Shown here in pieces: positions 22,601 through 34,600 of a DNA stretch of 64,000 nt; within the stretch, counting starts at the first letter, position 1; every line of letters begins with the position of its first letter. The stretch is from Phallusia mammillata (taxonomy: Eukaryota), in assembly GCA_965637545.1 (NCBI GenBank), contig OZ281495.1, positions 32,612,001 through 32,676,000 on the forward strand, written 5' to 3'. The position numbers were made by a program, and so were the translations under genes. The notes under the pieces were generated by a model, which saw only the letters and a list, made by a program, of their open reading frames with translations, was not told the DNA's origin and did not search any database.

Positions 22601-25600
22601 TTGCCTTTTAAGTAATCGGCCTCTTTGTCCAGCATATTTTAAATATATATGGTGTTTACTGTTTTGCAGATGGTAAACGTAACAGATGTTCTCAAAAGTG
22701 CCATAGGGGAACCTTTGCACAATCATATGCCGCTGCTTGTTTGTGAAAGGAAATTGCTACAAAAAAAAGAAATGTTGTCATCTTTGAAACACAGGTATTT
22801 TCATTAGATCCATTAGTAACTCCAACAAACTTTTATTTCATGTAACCTTAACTATTACAATCACATTAACTGGCAGTAAAACCTTATTTAATAACTGGTT
22901 ATTTACTTTACAGGACCAGTTTGCAACATCGCCTGGTTATCCAAGTGTTGTTGTCAATAAAAATGAAATGAACAGGTTTTCTTTAGGTTTCAATTTTTCA
23001 TTGTAATACTTGTTATTTTTACTGTAGTGATATTGAACATGCCATGACTATGCATATGACATATGCCTTGTTGAGTACATTACAATTATATAGCATCTGA
23101 CATGCAGTTGAACTTTTGTTTTTGTGTGTATTTTTTACCTGTGTTTTTCCCCCACCGTTACATTCATGCCATAACTTTGTTTCGTTTGTTCTGTTAAACG
23201 TTATGTTCTGTTTCTTCGATAAATGCGCTATTTCGTTGGTATACGGTACTGTTTACAATAAAATACAAAACGGTATTTGGTGTGTCATGCTTTATAGCTC
23301 TAAACAACACGCAACACGCGTGTTGTATGAGTGTGTTCAAACAACACACCAGGTGTGTCGCAAAACTGCAGCTTGAAGCAACACGGCGGGCGTGTCGTTG
23401 AACAACACACCTCCAAACAACACACCACCTGACAACACGGCGTGGTGTGTCGTGTGTTGTATACGGCTTCAAAATTGGCGTGTTGTTACAACACACCGGT
23501 TCTTCTAGTGTAGTTGCATGTGCGTGAGTTTTCTTCAGTTCTTACAAGTTGCCAATGTATTTTAACGCATTTCTGTTTGTCACTCAAGTTTGTATTTGCA
23601 TTTTAAACGGAAAATGTAGACTGATAAGGTATAACCATCAAGGCTAGTATTTAATAAACGCTGTACATTAACGATTTTACACTGTTCGTTATTTGCTGCA
23701 AATAATATTGCTCTTTTATCATGGTTTAACCGCGGCCCTTGCGGTAAATTTTGCCGCAAATACAGTTAATTGTGTAAATAAAAAAACACAGGTTTATAAA
23801 ATTTGTAAGTGTCATTAAAACTAGAAGGGTGGCTTTTTGATATACTTCCATTTTATATATTCTATACGATATTTACCAATTTACTACACACATCATTTGA
23901 TCTACACATATGATTGTTTTTGTAAACAAAAACTAATGGGTCCCCACACGCATGTCTGTGCTGATTTACAGCAAACAAATGTTGCGGTGATTTTTAGATT
24001 CTTAAGGAAAAACAACAACAGCTGATTTCTAATCACCGAAAAGACTGTCTCTTAAAACGTCTGTCCGGACGTCAAGCAGATCCCTCCCGCTCTGCACAAA
24101 ACCGTTTTAATCGTTAACCAGTGAATGACTCCCTTGGGACTTCTGTCTGACTGACAGTGTACACGAACTATGGGCTGTGAAAGTCATTATTTGGCCGATT
24201 AAGGCAAATTTTTGAATACTAAACGAGTAAACCACTGCAAACAAATGTTTCAAATTTCAGCACATTAGGGCTTGTATTTCTGGCCTAAAACCAAAAAAGA
24301 TTATTTCGGGATTTAAGGGGTGACGATTATTTCGGGGTTAAAGGAGTAAAAATGGGTAAATCCAATAAAAAATTAGAAAATTATTTAGAATACTTTACAT
24401 TGCACCAACCAACAAAGCATGAAACTCTTACATCATGTACTTTAGTCAGTACAGCCGTTTTAAAAATTTTACGTTTTGGGGGCTTGTGGGTGAACCGCTG
24501 GGTCATTCGGGGTCAAACTTTAAGAGTATCAGGTTTAAAACGATAGCTAACATCTGTGTAAGTTTGAATAAATTTAAAGCATTCTTTCTTGACCAAACGC
24601 GTTTGACAAACCAGCGTTTGACAGAAACGAATATTTCGGGGTTTAAGGGGTAAAAATGGGTAAATCCTGTTAAAAGTTAGAAAATTCTTTAGAAAACCTG
24701 ACATTGCACCAACCAACAAAGCACATAACTCCTAGATGATGTACTTTAGTCAGTACAGCCGTTTTAAAAAAAATTACGTTTTGGGGGCCTGTGGGTGAAC
24801 CGCTGGGTCATCCGGGGTCAAACTTTAGGAGGATCAAATTTGGATTAATATGTAACATCTGTCCAAATTTTAATAAATTTGGAGCACTCTTTCTTGACCA
24901 AACGCGTTTAACAAACCAGCGTTAGACAGAAAAAAGAAAAAAAAAATACGGACAAAAACAATATGTGTCCCCTTCATAAAAGGGGACCCATAAATAGAAA
25001 CTGAAAACTAATAGCGCGTTTAAATGTCAAACAGCCCGGTACCAGGCACTGCCATTTTTTGCAACACCATTTGCATACAAGTTACCTACAGCAACAGACG
25101 CACTGAAGCGTGAAACTTACCAGAATGTTGACGTCAGCTCCGCCCTGTCGTAAAAGCGTCACAGCACGCGAATTGTTGAGCTGCGCAGCAAGATGCATTG
25201 GAGCGAATCCTTTAATTGTGAGGAAACAGGTAAGTTGTTACGTAACAATTAAATAAAGAAAGCCCTTTAAAAACAACAAAACGGTAAAATTTAATATGAT
25301 ATACTGCTACAATTTGTATTTTAAAGTACTGGGAGTATTAAAAACGTCCCTTATTGCAAAGTTTCTGTTTTCAGTAACCTTCCAATTATTTCCTGTTACA
25401 ACTGTAAGTAGGCTATTAACCTGTCCTGTTCTAGCCCTTGTGGAAAAACACGCATAAACTGAAACCATTTTCAACATTCAACCCAGCTGACCAACACTGT
25501 ACGTCTGCTGAGAAACTGTTCGCTGATTATCCTGTTTCTGCTGTGACCAGATCACTTCCTTTCAGATATAATCTATCTAGCAACCTTTTTCACACAACCG

Positions 25601-28600
25601 TTCTATTCTGGACCCGGAAAGACCCTCCAACTAAGCATCAGGTATTGATGACTGTGGCACAAAAACGCAACACAGCAGGTAGTTCCGCTTTCAAGGTGTC
25701 CCTTACAGCAGTTCACACACTCGCGGGTATTTCCGTGTTCGTTATAAGGTAAAAAAATGTTGTCCTACTGATTGATGTAGAAACTGCTGCAGCCCGTAAG
25801 CCTGAAAAAGTCTCAAACATCGTATGTTAAGATGCATACATTTAACCAAAGCAATTGGTCCACAACTACAAAGTTTCCTTATTATACGCTTGAAGTCTCG
25901 GGTGACTCGTAGTTACGCTATGTTGCATCAAAACAACCCAGCTTCCAGTCTAAATCAGACCCATATTAATCTACATACGTTGAACAAACAATTACAGTTC
26001 CATCATAACAGCATTGTTATGTCACTAAAACCCAATCCAGCCACCACGCAACGAAACATCGCAAAGTTACGTGGGCGAGTGGGCTAGGCGGGTTTAAGAG
26101 GTAGAGTCCCGGATGTAGTAGATCCTGTGGTGGAAAAAACATAAGAAACTTTCCACTTGAAGCCTTGCGAAACGGCACAGACATCATGTAACCCAGAGGC
26201 AGCAACGAGGTCAATTTTTAAGAAGTACATATTTTCCTGATCGGCGTTTCATTACAAACAAGCAAAATTAATCCCATATTACCACATGTGATAGCACGAA
26301 CTTATAAAATATGTTTACAGCTCCAAATTCTACAACAAACCAATCCAGCCTACTATAAAACATTGTGATGCAATTGCAACAAACGATAAACTGAATGCTA
26401 TGTAAACTTTTCAACGTAAAACAGCGCATTTATATTTTATATGCAAAATTTGTCGCTTTGTTACTCTACAACTTGAGTAAGACAAAACAACCACCAGAGA
26501 CCATGGCGGTCTGCACAACCTCCAACTAACTACCGACTAATATGCAAATATGGCCAAGAATAGGAGCCAAACCCTGGTCCTTCGTGTCGCTGTCATTTGC
26601 ATTTATTCAATAGAATTATTTGATGACCGGATGCTTTCACAAACGCCGCGTTTCGATTCAGGTTTTACCATGGGAAAAAAGAAACGCTTTCCGCAAATCA
26701 CCCGGCACTCTTTGGCACGAAAAACAACAACAACTATTTTCTGATAAGGAACCTGCAAATATCTGATTGACAACTACCAGATAGCAGTTTATCAACACGA
26801 ATACCAGACTAACGAATACCAGTTTACCACCACGAATACTGGTTTACCACCACGAATACCAGTTTACCACCACGAATACCAATTTACCACCACGAATACC
26901 AAAGTTTACCACCACAAATACCACACTAACGAATACCAGTTTACCACCACGAATACAAGTTTACCACAGCGAATACCAGTTTACCACCACGAATGCCAGA
27001 CTAACGAATCCCAGTTTACCAACACGAATACTAGACTAACTAATATTACAATCGCTGCAAAACTGTGAAAGACTTCGCTTTAGCCACTGCACATATGCCA
27101 CAAACTCACCCAACCGCAACATCAGGAAACATGATGAGAGAAAAGTCGAACCGACAGTGGAAACACAAGTCATGTAAAGTGCAAGTGATTGTGACGTCAC
27201 ATGCTGGCTTGCTTAATTGAGGAACTTCTGCCATCGTTACGTCACAACTAGCCATTGTCAAAGCATCGAATATATTGTAAACGGATTCTGCACTTTTCTA
27301 TTAGATAAATATTCTGTGAATTTTCACACAACAAACCGTTGCCTTTTCCCCTAATCCAAATCACTACAGCTGAAACAATCCGGATCTAGAACAGGTTCCA
27401 CGACTGATTCAAAGTTTGCATAATACGTCATCAACGAAACCAATTAATAATTCGGTCGTCAACAAACAGTGCAACCGTTTATGCTTTTGATTCACAATTC
27501 CTACTTGTTCGCCACAAAAGACCAACAAACGAAAAAGGAAATACCCGGGAGACGAGAAACTGATTGATTGGTTCGTCAGTCAGGAATGAACCGGCGTTAA
27601 CCGGGCGGGGCCTTTATTGTTTCGTAACAGTCCAAGCAGAAAAACAAACCTTTGCCTGAAAACTGTTATTGACTGATATTGAACAGGCTGGTAGAAGGAG
27701 TAGTTGACATAAATAACTGAAAACTGATTTCCCAAGTAGTTGGTCTGCAAGAATTTCCTGAGAAATAAAATGCACATTGCTCAACAAAACTGAAGCAAAA
27801 TGAAAAACACTCGGGCTCCTAAACAAGCTATTGGGTCAATCAATCGCGTATTGGGCTCATATTTGGAATTTTAATGTCTCGAACAGCGGCGCGAGCCTGT
27901 GCTCGACCTTGCAAGGCACTTCCGCTTTCGGTTGCGAGACCAGACATCGAGTGTTTCACTCTTTAGTGCACACTGCAGCTCAAGCGGAACGATAAACTCG
28001 TTCGCCAGTCAATGAACCGTAACGATATGACTAAAAACAAATTCGTGCGGTCAGATTTGCCGAAGATGGGTCAGTTGAACCAGTTGGTGTGAAAATATTC
28101 GTGATGATTTCGGATCACGACTTGCAGGGACAAAAAAAACGATTAATCATTTGGACACTCAACCGCATACGCACACAACCACACAATTAATCGACAATAC
28201 CCGCTTGTGTACGTAATAATTCACCAATGACAAAAAAGGACAAAAGTTGCTCACTGCAGAAATAAACAGCAGTTTTGAAGGCCTTGAAATGACGAATTTT
28301 GCAAATAAATATTCCATTACAAAGTTTTTTCGTTAGCAAAACCCGCCAACATTTTTCAACGGTTTTAAACAAAATTTGCTTGTGGCTAAAAACAAGGGAG
28401 GTTTAGCATAGCATGAAGATGTCCAAACTTGTTGCTGCATCTATCTGCAAGTGTCAATATTTGAACTATTTCTTTCAAGTAAACAGTAAAAACTTATCTG
28501 ACTGAATACATGTAACTTGTCTGGACCTTTTTAAAGCCACAAACTCAAACTAATCCAGCAGTCTAAACGCAACTCAGTTTTCAACCTTATAAATCCCCTA

Positions 28601-31600
28601 AAACCCAAAACAGCAGCTCTACTGTGGAAAACTTCGACGTCGTGTGGTTACTGTGGCAAAAAATGCGAAAAACGAGCAGAGAAGCTTCACGTTTTCAGGC
28701 AGCCGGGGTAAAATTTTGAGTGAAAGTTCTTCTGATGTTTGCTTCCCGCTTAAAATGAGCAACGCACATCACGACCGTATCGCGAAATGCCATTATGACA
28801 TCATAACGCGTGGTTCGTGTAGGACACACAACACAGCAGCACCAGTTGCCAGTAGCAGTGCGAAAGTGCAACTGTTCCAATCACTTCCTCCTTGAGGTAT
28901 TTTGGTGTTTCACCAATCTATGGAAAAGTTTGAACGAAAATCCGCCAACGGTTTGCATGTAAACAAACAGAATTCCAGCTTTAACGTTTAATTTATGCAA
29001 TGCTGATGTTTTGATACTACCAACAGCACAACTTAGGAACAATGCATACACGGACTTAAAACTAATTTCATCAAAGACATAACTGCCAGTTAACTTGTTT
29101 ACATAGAAAACATTTTGCTAAAACGTCTGTACCACGATTTGTACAAGCTCTCTGACAGTTATGTTTTTAAATAAATAACATAAAATATACAAGTATAGTA
29201 AATCTTGGACAGGTATATAAGTTAAAAAAACTCATAGCTACTGGCCAGTTTGGACACAAATAAGCCAAATGTTTGCACTATAATGCATTGATATTAACAA
29301 CACAACTCAACTATTTAGTAAAAACTAAAATATACAATTAGCAAACTCACAAATTCTACAAAGGTCAACAGCAGCCTCAAACGACTGGTCAGAAAGCAGG
29401 AAGGTTATGCGGAAGCTGCTAGCACGATTTTGAACCGCCACCTTACATCATCCAGGATACTAGTAAGAAGGAAATTTGTCTAGGTTCGAAACTTGCGGTT
29501 AGTTCGCATCCGTTCATAGCGGCCTTGTTTGTGCGCTCGTGTTCCACAACCGATTTAGTTTATCGCCTGGGGCTCAACGCTGTAACATGTGTTAAACTTA
29601 TGTGTAGTTTAATCGAACTTAAACAGAGGTCGTTTACAGACTGAGCAAGCTCATTACCCGTTTGTGTAGAGAATACGCAATACACATTAACTCTTGTTCG
29701 ATAGACACCTCGACACAAAGTTTGCCTACTCACAACTTTGCAAACGAAGGCTTAGATTTCATTGTTGACTTTTAACAGAGCATAAAACTGCCCCAGGCCT
29801 ATACTAAGTCATAGTGTAGTGTGGCAATAATTTTAATACACATTGTTAGCAAGTTACCCTGGTCAACCTTTAACCAAACAGTTCCTCATTTATCTCAGTA
29901 ACTACCTGAACGGGAAGTCGGCACACCCTTAGTAAAAAACAATTGCTTAAAAATCTTTCTGAAGTAATTTAAACTTTAAAGGAAGCATCCTTTTTTGGCT
30001 TGGCTAAAACTCGGCTCGTGACCATCCTGTTGTTGCCTCTTGCACGACTCAGAAATTCCCTACTCTGTATATGGGCGATGTAGTGAGCTCAAATAGTTAG
30101 TCACTGGCAGCACGAAACTTTGTTCTTTCCTTATGCCAATATGAAAGTCTAACTGATAACTGTTTCATGACACGAGCTACAGTGAACGAAACCTGCTTTG
30201 CCCTTCTACGAACTGTTGTCCAAGCAGAAATATAAAATACCCAATTTAACTGAAGCTCTACAAGTAAAGTTTCGTATCTTATATTTGCGTACCTTTTCGC
30301 GTGAGGCACTTTCGATTATGCTCTACGACATTGTGATATCACAATAAGGAACAGCTATGTCGTGATTTTTGTGAAAACGCCTACAGTGGTTTTAATACGA
30401 ATCACAGCACATATGCTAAATCCCTTATCAACAGCCAATGAACATAACTTCACGGTGTATAGGCGTAATCTGCCCGAAGCCGTTTCCAAATTCATACAGT
30501 TTAAAAGGCTTGCAAATTCACAACACACGAAATCATATTGAGGTTAGGGAGTAATTTGCCTGCAGCTGAACTTGCTGACATCATCTGGCTTATAGAGCGC
30601 TTTACAAGCTGCCTGATGTTCGAAGGTTGTAATGGCCCGAGGCAAGCCAGCGCACAACATCTGCTGTCAAGAATGCTACGATATCTAGAGCAACAAGCCC
30701 AGGGCGTATTCGAATTATTCACTTTTTCGTTTAGGCCTGAAATCACCGAGAAATGTTCGACCTTCGAATTCTTTACTGAATTTTTTAACACACAATTGAG
30801 TTTCGAAAACGCGCTTGGAAAATACCAAATCTTGTTGTGCCATTTAATCTGTGAAACCTTTACATACAAAACTCACTATTTCAAGCTACATCTACGATCC
30901 TGTGGTACGTCAAGCAACTGTCGCAGATTTGTTTTCAACCTTGTCGGTTCAAGTAACAACAAACCATCACAAAATTTTAACATATGTTTGGTTCATTTTT
31001 TTAATCAACTTTATATCTCATAATTTGTGTAATTCAGTTTTTCATGTGGGTACATATATTCCAACGTGTCCGTAATGTTTAAAAAAGATAGCTTCCGAAA
31101 CATCTTACAACCCGTTCTACCACCAATACTTCTTTCATAGTGAACATGTCCATTACCGGTCTCGGAACAAGTTTCAGCACAAACATCCAGACCACCTTGC
31201 CGTGGCCCCAGCACCGCATGGCACAAGTTTGCTGCTAACTTTTCTGGCCTTGGCCTGAATGTTTCATTATTTTCCTGTTTTCAGTTCTCCCGAGCACCAC
31301 GCGTATCAAGCCCTATTACTTCCTGCCTATGGCGCCTTCCTTTTTTGGGTTTAACCAAATTCACCGACATCATGAGTTTTAGCCAACCTCTTTATGTGAG
31401 CGAACAATGACTTTTGCCAGCGGCAATTGTTCGCTGACAAAGCCTTGACAATCACACCAAGCTGAAAGTGAAAGTCAATTGCGTAGGAAAACGCAAATAT
31501 GAAAATTCCGCAAAAAGACAATGAATTGCTTAAAAGACAATTCATTGTTTTCAGTAACTATTTAAATCACGATCAGTAGTCTCGTCGCAGTCGCATTTTG

Positions 31601-34600
31601 ATGTTGTTTAATCACGTGACCACACAGCAGGTGACTTTGAGAAACCTCGAAAGTTGTAAAAAGCCCGCGGGCGCATTTTCTACAGCTTGTGGCGTTCTAC
31701 GACCGTGAACTTCCGGTTTGTGCCAAAAAATCTGACGCCCTGGGGCTAGGGCTGCTACGAGACTAAGCGTCGAAACCGATCGTAATAGACGTTGTTGTTC
31801 GAAAATGGTTCGTAAAACAATTTGAGAAGTTTTGGAGCAAAATCCTAAAAATTTCAATGTCGGGTCTGACGGAAAACAAAACCTATTTGTGAGCAAACTA
31901 TAAAGAGCAGAATCACCCAATTTATAAACAGGATTGGACTTACTAAACTGATCTGACCAACTTAGCCACAAATGCTGTTCTAATACGACACCTAGTGGGC
32001 AAGCAATATATCAAGCAAAGCCGCAAATGACGCCAACGAATTCGGTCCAAGATTTCACAAACAGACAAAACCAGAAAATTTGGTTCTGCACAATTCAATG
32101 CATTTGTGTCGCGCCCATATCATGCCCACTTCTTGCGGTGAAGGTCAAGTTATAATTGACTGTCACAGCTTGGCGCGAACTTGACCCGAGTATCGGATGA
32201 ATCATACTCGCTAAAATACAGTGAACTTTCGACCCCGGCACCAATCTTGTCATGCGTCGGAAAACATGAAATGAATAAGACCATTGTAAGTTCATAAACG
32301 GAGCACGTGTGTTAAAACTCAACAGCTAACTGTCTCATCCAGCTTCTAGCACATAACATCGTTAAATGCCTCTAAACATGTAAGCTACGTGGCTGTCCCG
32401 AAGGCTGTCTGTTGATTGGCCAAGCAAATGACAAGTTTTACGAGGTATTAAAAGTGGGTTGGCTTAAAACTTTTAAAGCGAAAATAATTAAAGAATTTGT
32501 TTCAAATATTTAACAAAAAATCTGTGGTAAGAATCTTAATTGCTTTTAAACACTTACGCTAAATTGCTGTCCCGACTGCACTACGTAGATTGGCAAAAGT
32601 TAAGTTTTAATGTAAAAGCATTCAGCCAATGAGCCAGTTTTCTCTGTGGTTTATGCCCAGTTGTGGCATCGCACAGAATAGGTAAGGCATGGGTTTTTAC
32701 CTTGTTACTCCCAACAAACTGGAATGCCATTGGATGGCTACACTAGCCAATATGGACAATCTCTCGTCACCAGCTGCACTGATAGGACCTTATAGGTCGA
32801 AACAGTGTGCACTGTCTGCAGCTCATGAATTTTATTTTTACAACAAACTTTCTGCTTGCGAATTTATCACACAGCCTCACCCAACTCTTTGCTAGGTGCT
32901 TATTATTAAACGCCTTAACTAACAATAAAAAACGTTTTAACCAACACAAAAGCAGGCAATTTACAATCTCACCATCCAAATTCTTCTTCTCGAGGGTTGA
33001 AAGTTTCGCGGAGGCCACTACATTCCGCAAGATGGCGTATTCCGTCTCCCTACCGCTGTTTTGAACGGCCAGATGAACGCCGTTGTTGCCATAGCGATCA
33101 GTGACGTCAATACATGTCGGGGAGGCATCCATTAACAGCGCCGCTAGTGTCGGATTGTCGGTAATGACGGCAATGTGAAAGGGAGTCTGGGAAATAAGAA
33201 TTAACAAAGTTAAAAGATGTGGGTTAACTAACTGCAACTCCAATATTATAGTATATGGTCCACAATAAATTCCGTTGGTGGCCACTTCTGGCATTTTCTA
33301 TTTCTAAGGTTTTAAGCAAATGACAAATTTTGCGAGGTATAAAATCTGGGTTGGCTTAAAAAATTTAAAACGAAAAGGTTTAATGCATCTGTTTCAAACA
33401 ATATAACACAAGGTCTGTGGCAAATAGACAATGTTTAGAGAAATAAGAACCCAACAAACCACATGGTAATATTTTACCAACTGGGTCTCATAGGAAAAGC
33501 GACATTACAGAGTCTACTAGTATTAAAACATCGGCTTGTTAAGTTGCAGACAATACAAAAACGCAACTTCGAGTCAAGTTCTGAAACCGCAATGCATCAG
33601 AAGCGCAAGAAATTCACTGCCCGAGGGCGAAGTGTTTGGATGTGGAGGTTGTAATTTCGAATGTTGGCATCGAACAACCCGGTACATGGGTGTCATGAAC
33701 TAAACTTAAATCTGCGTTGATTTTGACACGATTGGAATTTACAACACATTGCAGTGCTCAATGTGCTCGAAACTATATTCCATGACAAACGCACCGCGAT
33801 GACCTATTCGAAAACGGATATGAAAACGAAACTACAGGATTTCCATATATTTCACACATCAATATTTCCCTACAAGACCGAAACGTTTAAAAAATCGATT
33901 TCGACAAAAGACCAATAAAAATAGTCTTTCAGTAATAAAATTCAGCTTCATATGCAAAAATGAACACCTCTGTGGTTTACACAAAGTGAACCCACCGAGT
34001 ATGACGTAATATAGTCTTATGTTACGTCACAAGGGGACGAAAAGTTTCATAGAATGGTTTTTGGGCGGGATCGACAGAAATTAAGGTGGCGCGCATTAAT
34101 AGCGGATTGTCTGTGACGCAATAATACCAGATACGATTGTGACGTTTAATCTTGTTGAGGTAACGACCGGTTTGTTGTGTAACTGTCTAAGCTTGAAAAC
34201 AGCTTGATTATAACAAATACCAAAAAAATCAGTGCTTGCATGGGTTGTTTTTCCCGATTTAAATCATAAGAGGGATTTTAGATGAACATTTTTCTGTCTT
34301 AGTTGAGAAGAATACAAATTCTTTACTGGGATCAGCCCTGAAGCGTGTATGCAGACCAGTGATCACGGCACACTCATTTAGAACCTGGCGTACAATGATT
34401 TTGTTTATAGAGCTATTCTGGCAAATGTATTTTTATTCCGACGTTTCATCAACCCTGATGAAGACGACCTGTATAGGACGTCGAAACGTCGGAATAAAAA
34501 TACATTTGCCAGAACAGCTCTATAAACTTGATATTATGCCTGGCAGCAATAGCTTACATAATGATTTTGCTGTCTAAACGCTTGTCAAAAAACGCTTAAA

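Noticed and set aside
26786-27040. CRISPR-like array
   Set aside because: No unique spacers, eukaryotic context and no cas genes; it is a simple minisatellite.
30501-31023. Overlapping 161-aa (+) and 122-aa (-) ORFs in the IkB intron
   Set aside because: No recognisable motif and no place in the phase-consistent exon chain, which joins 32973 directly to 25209.
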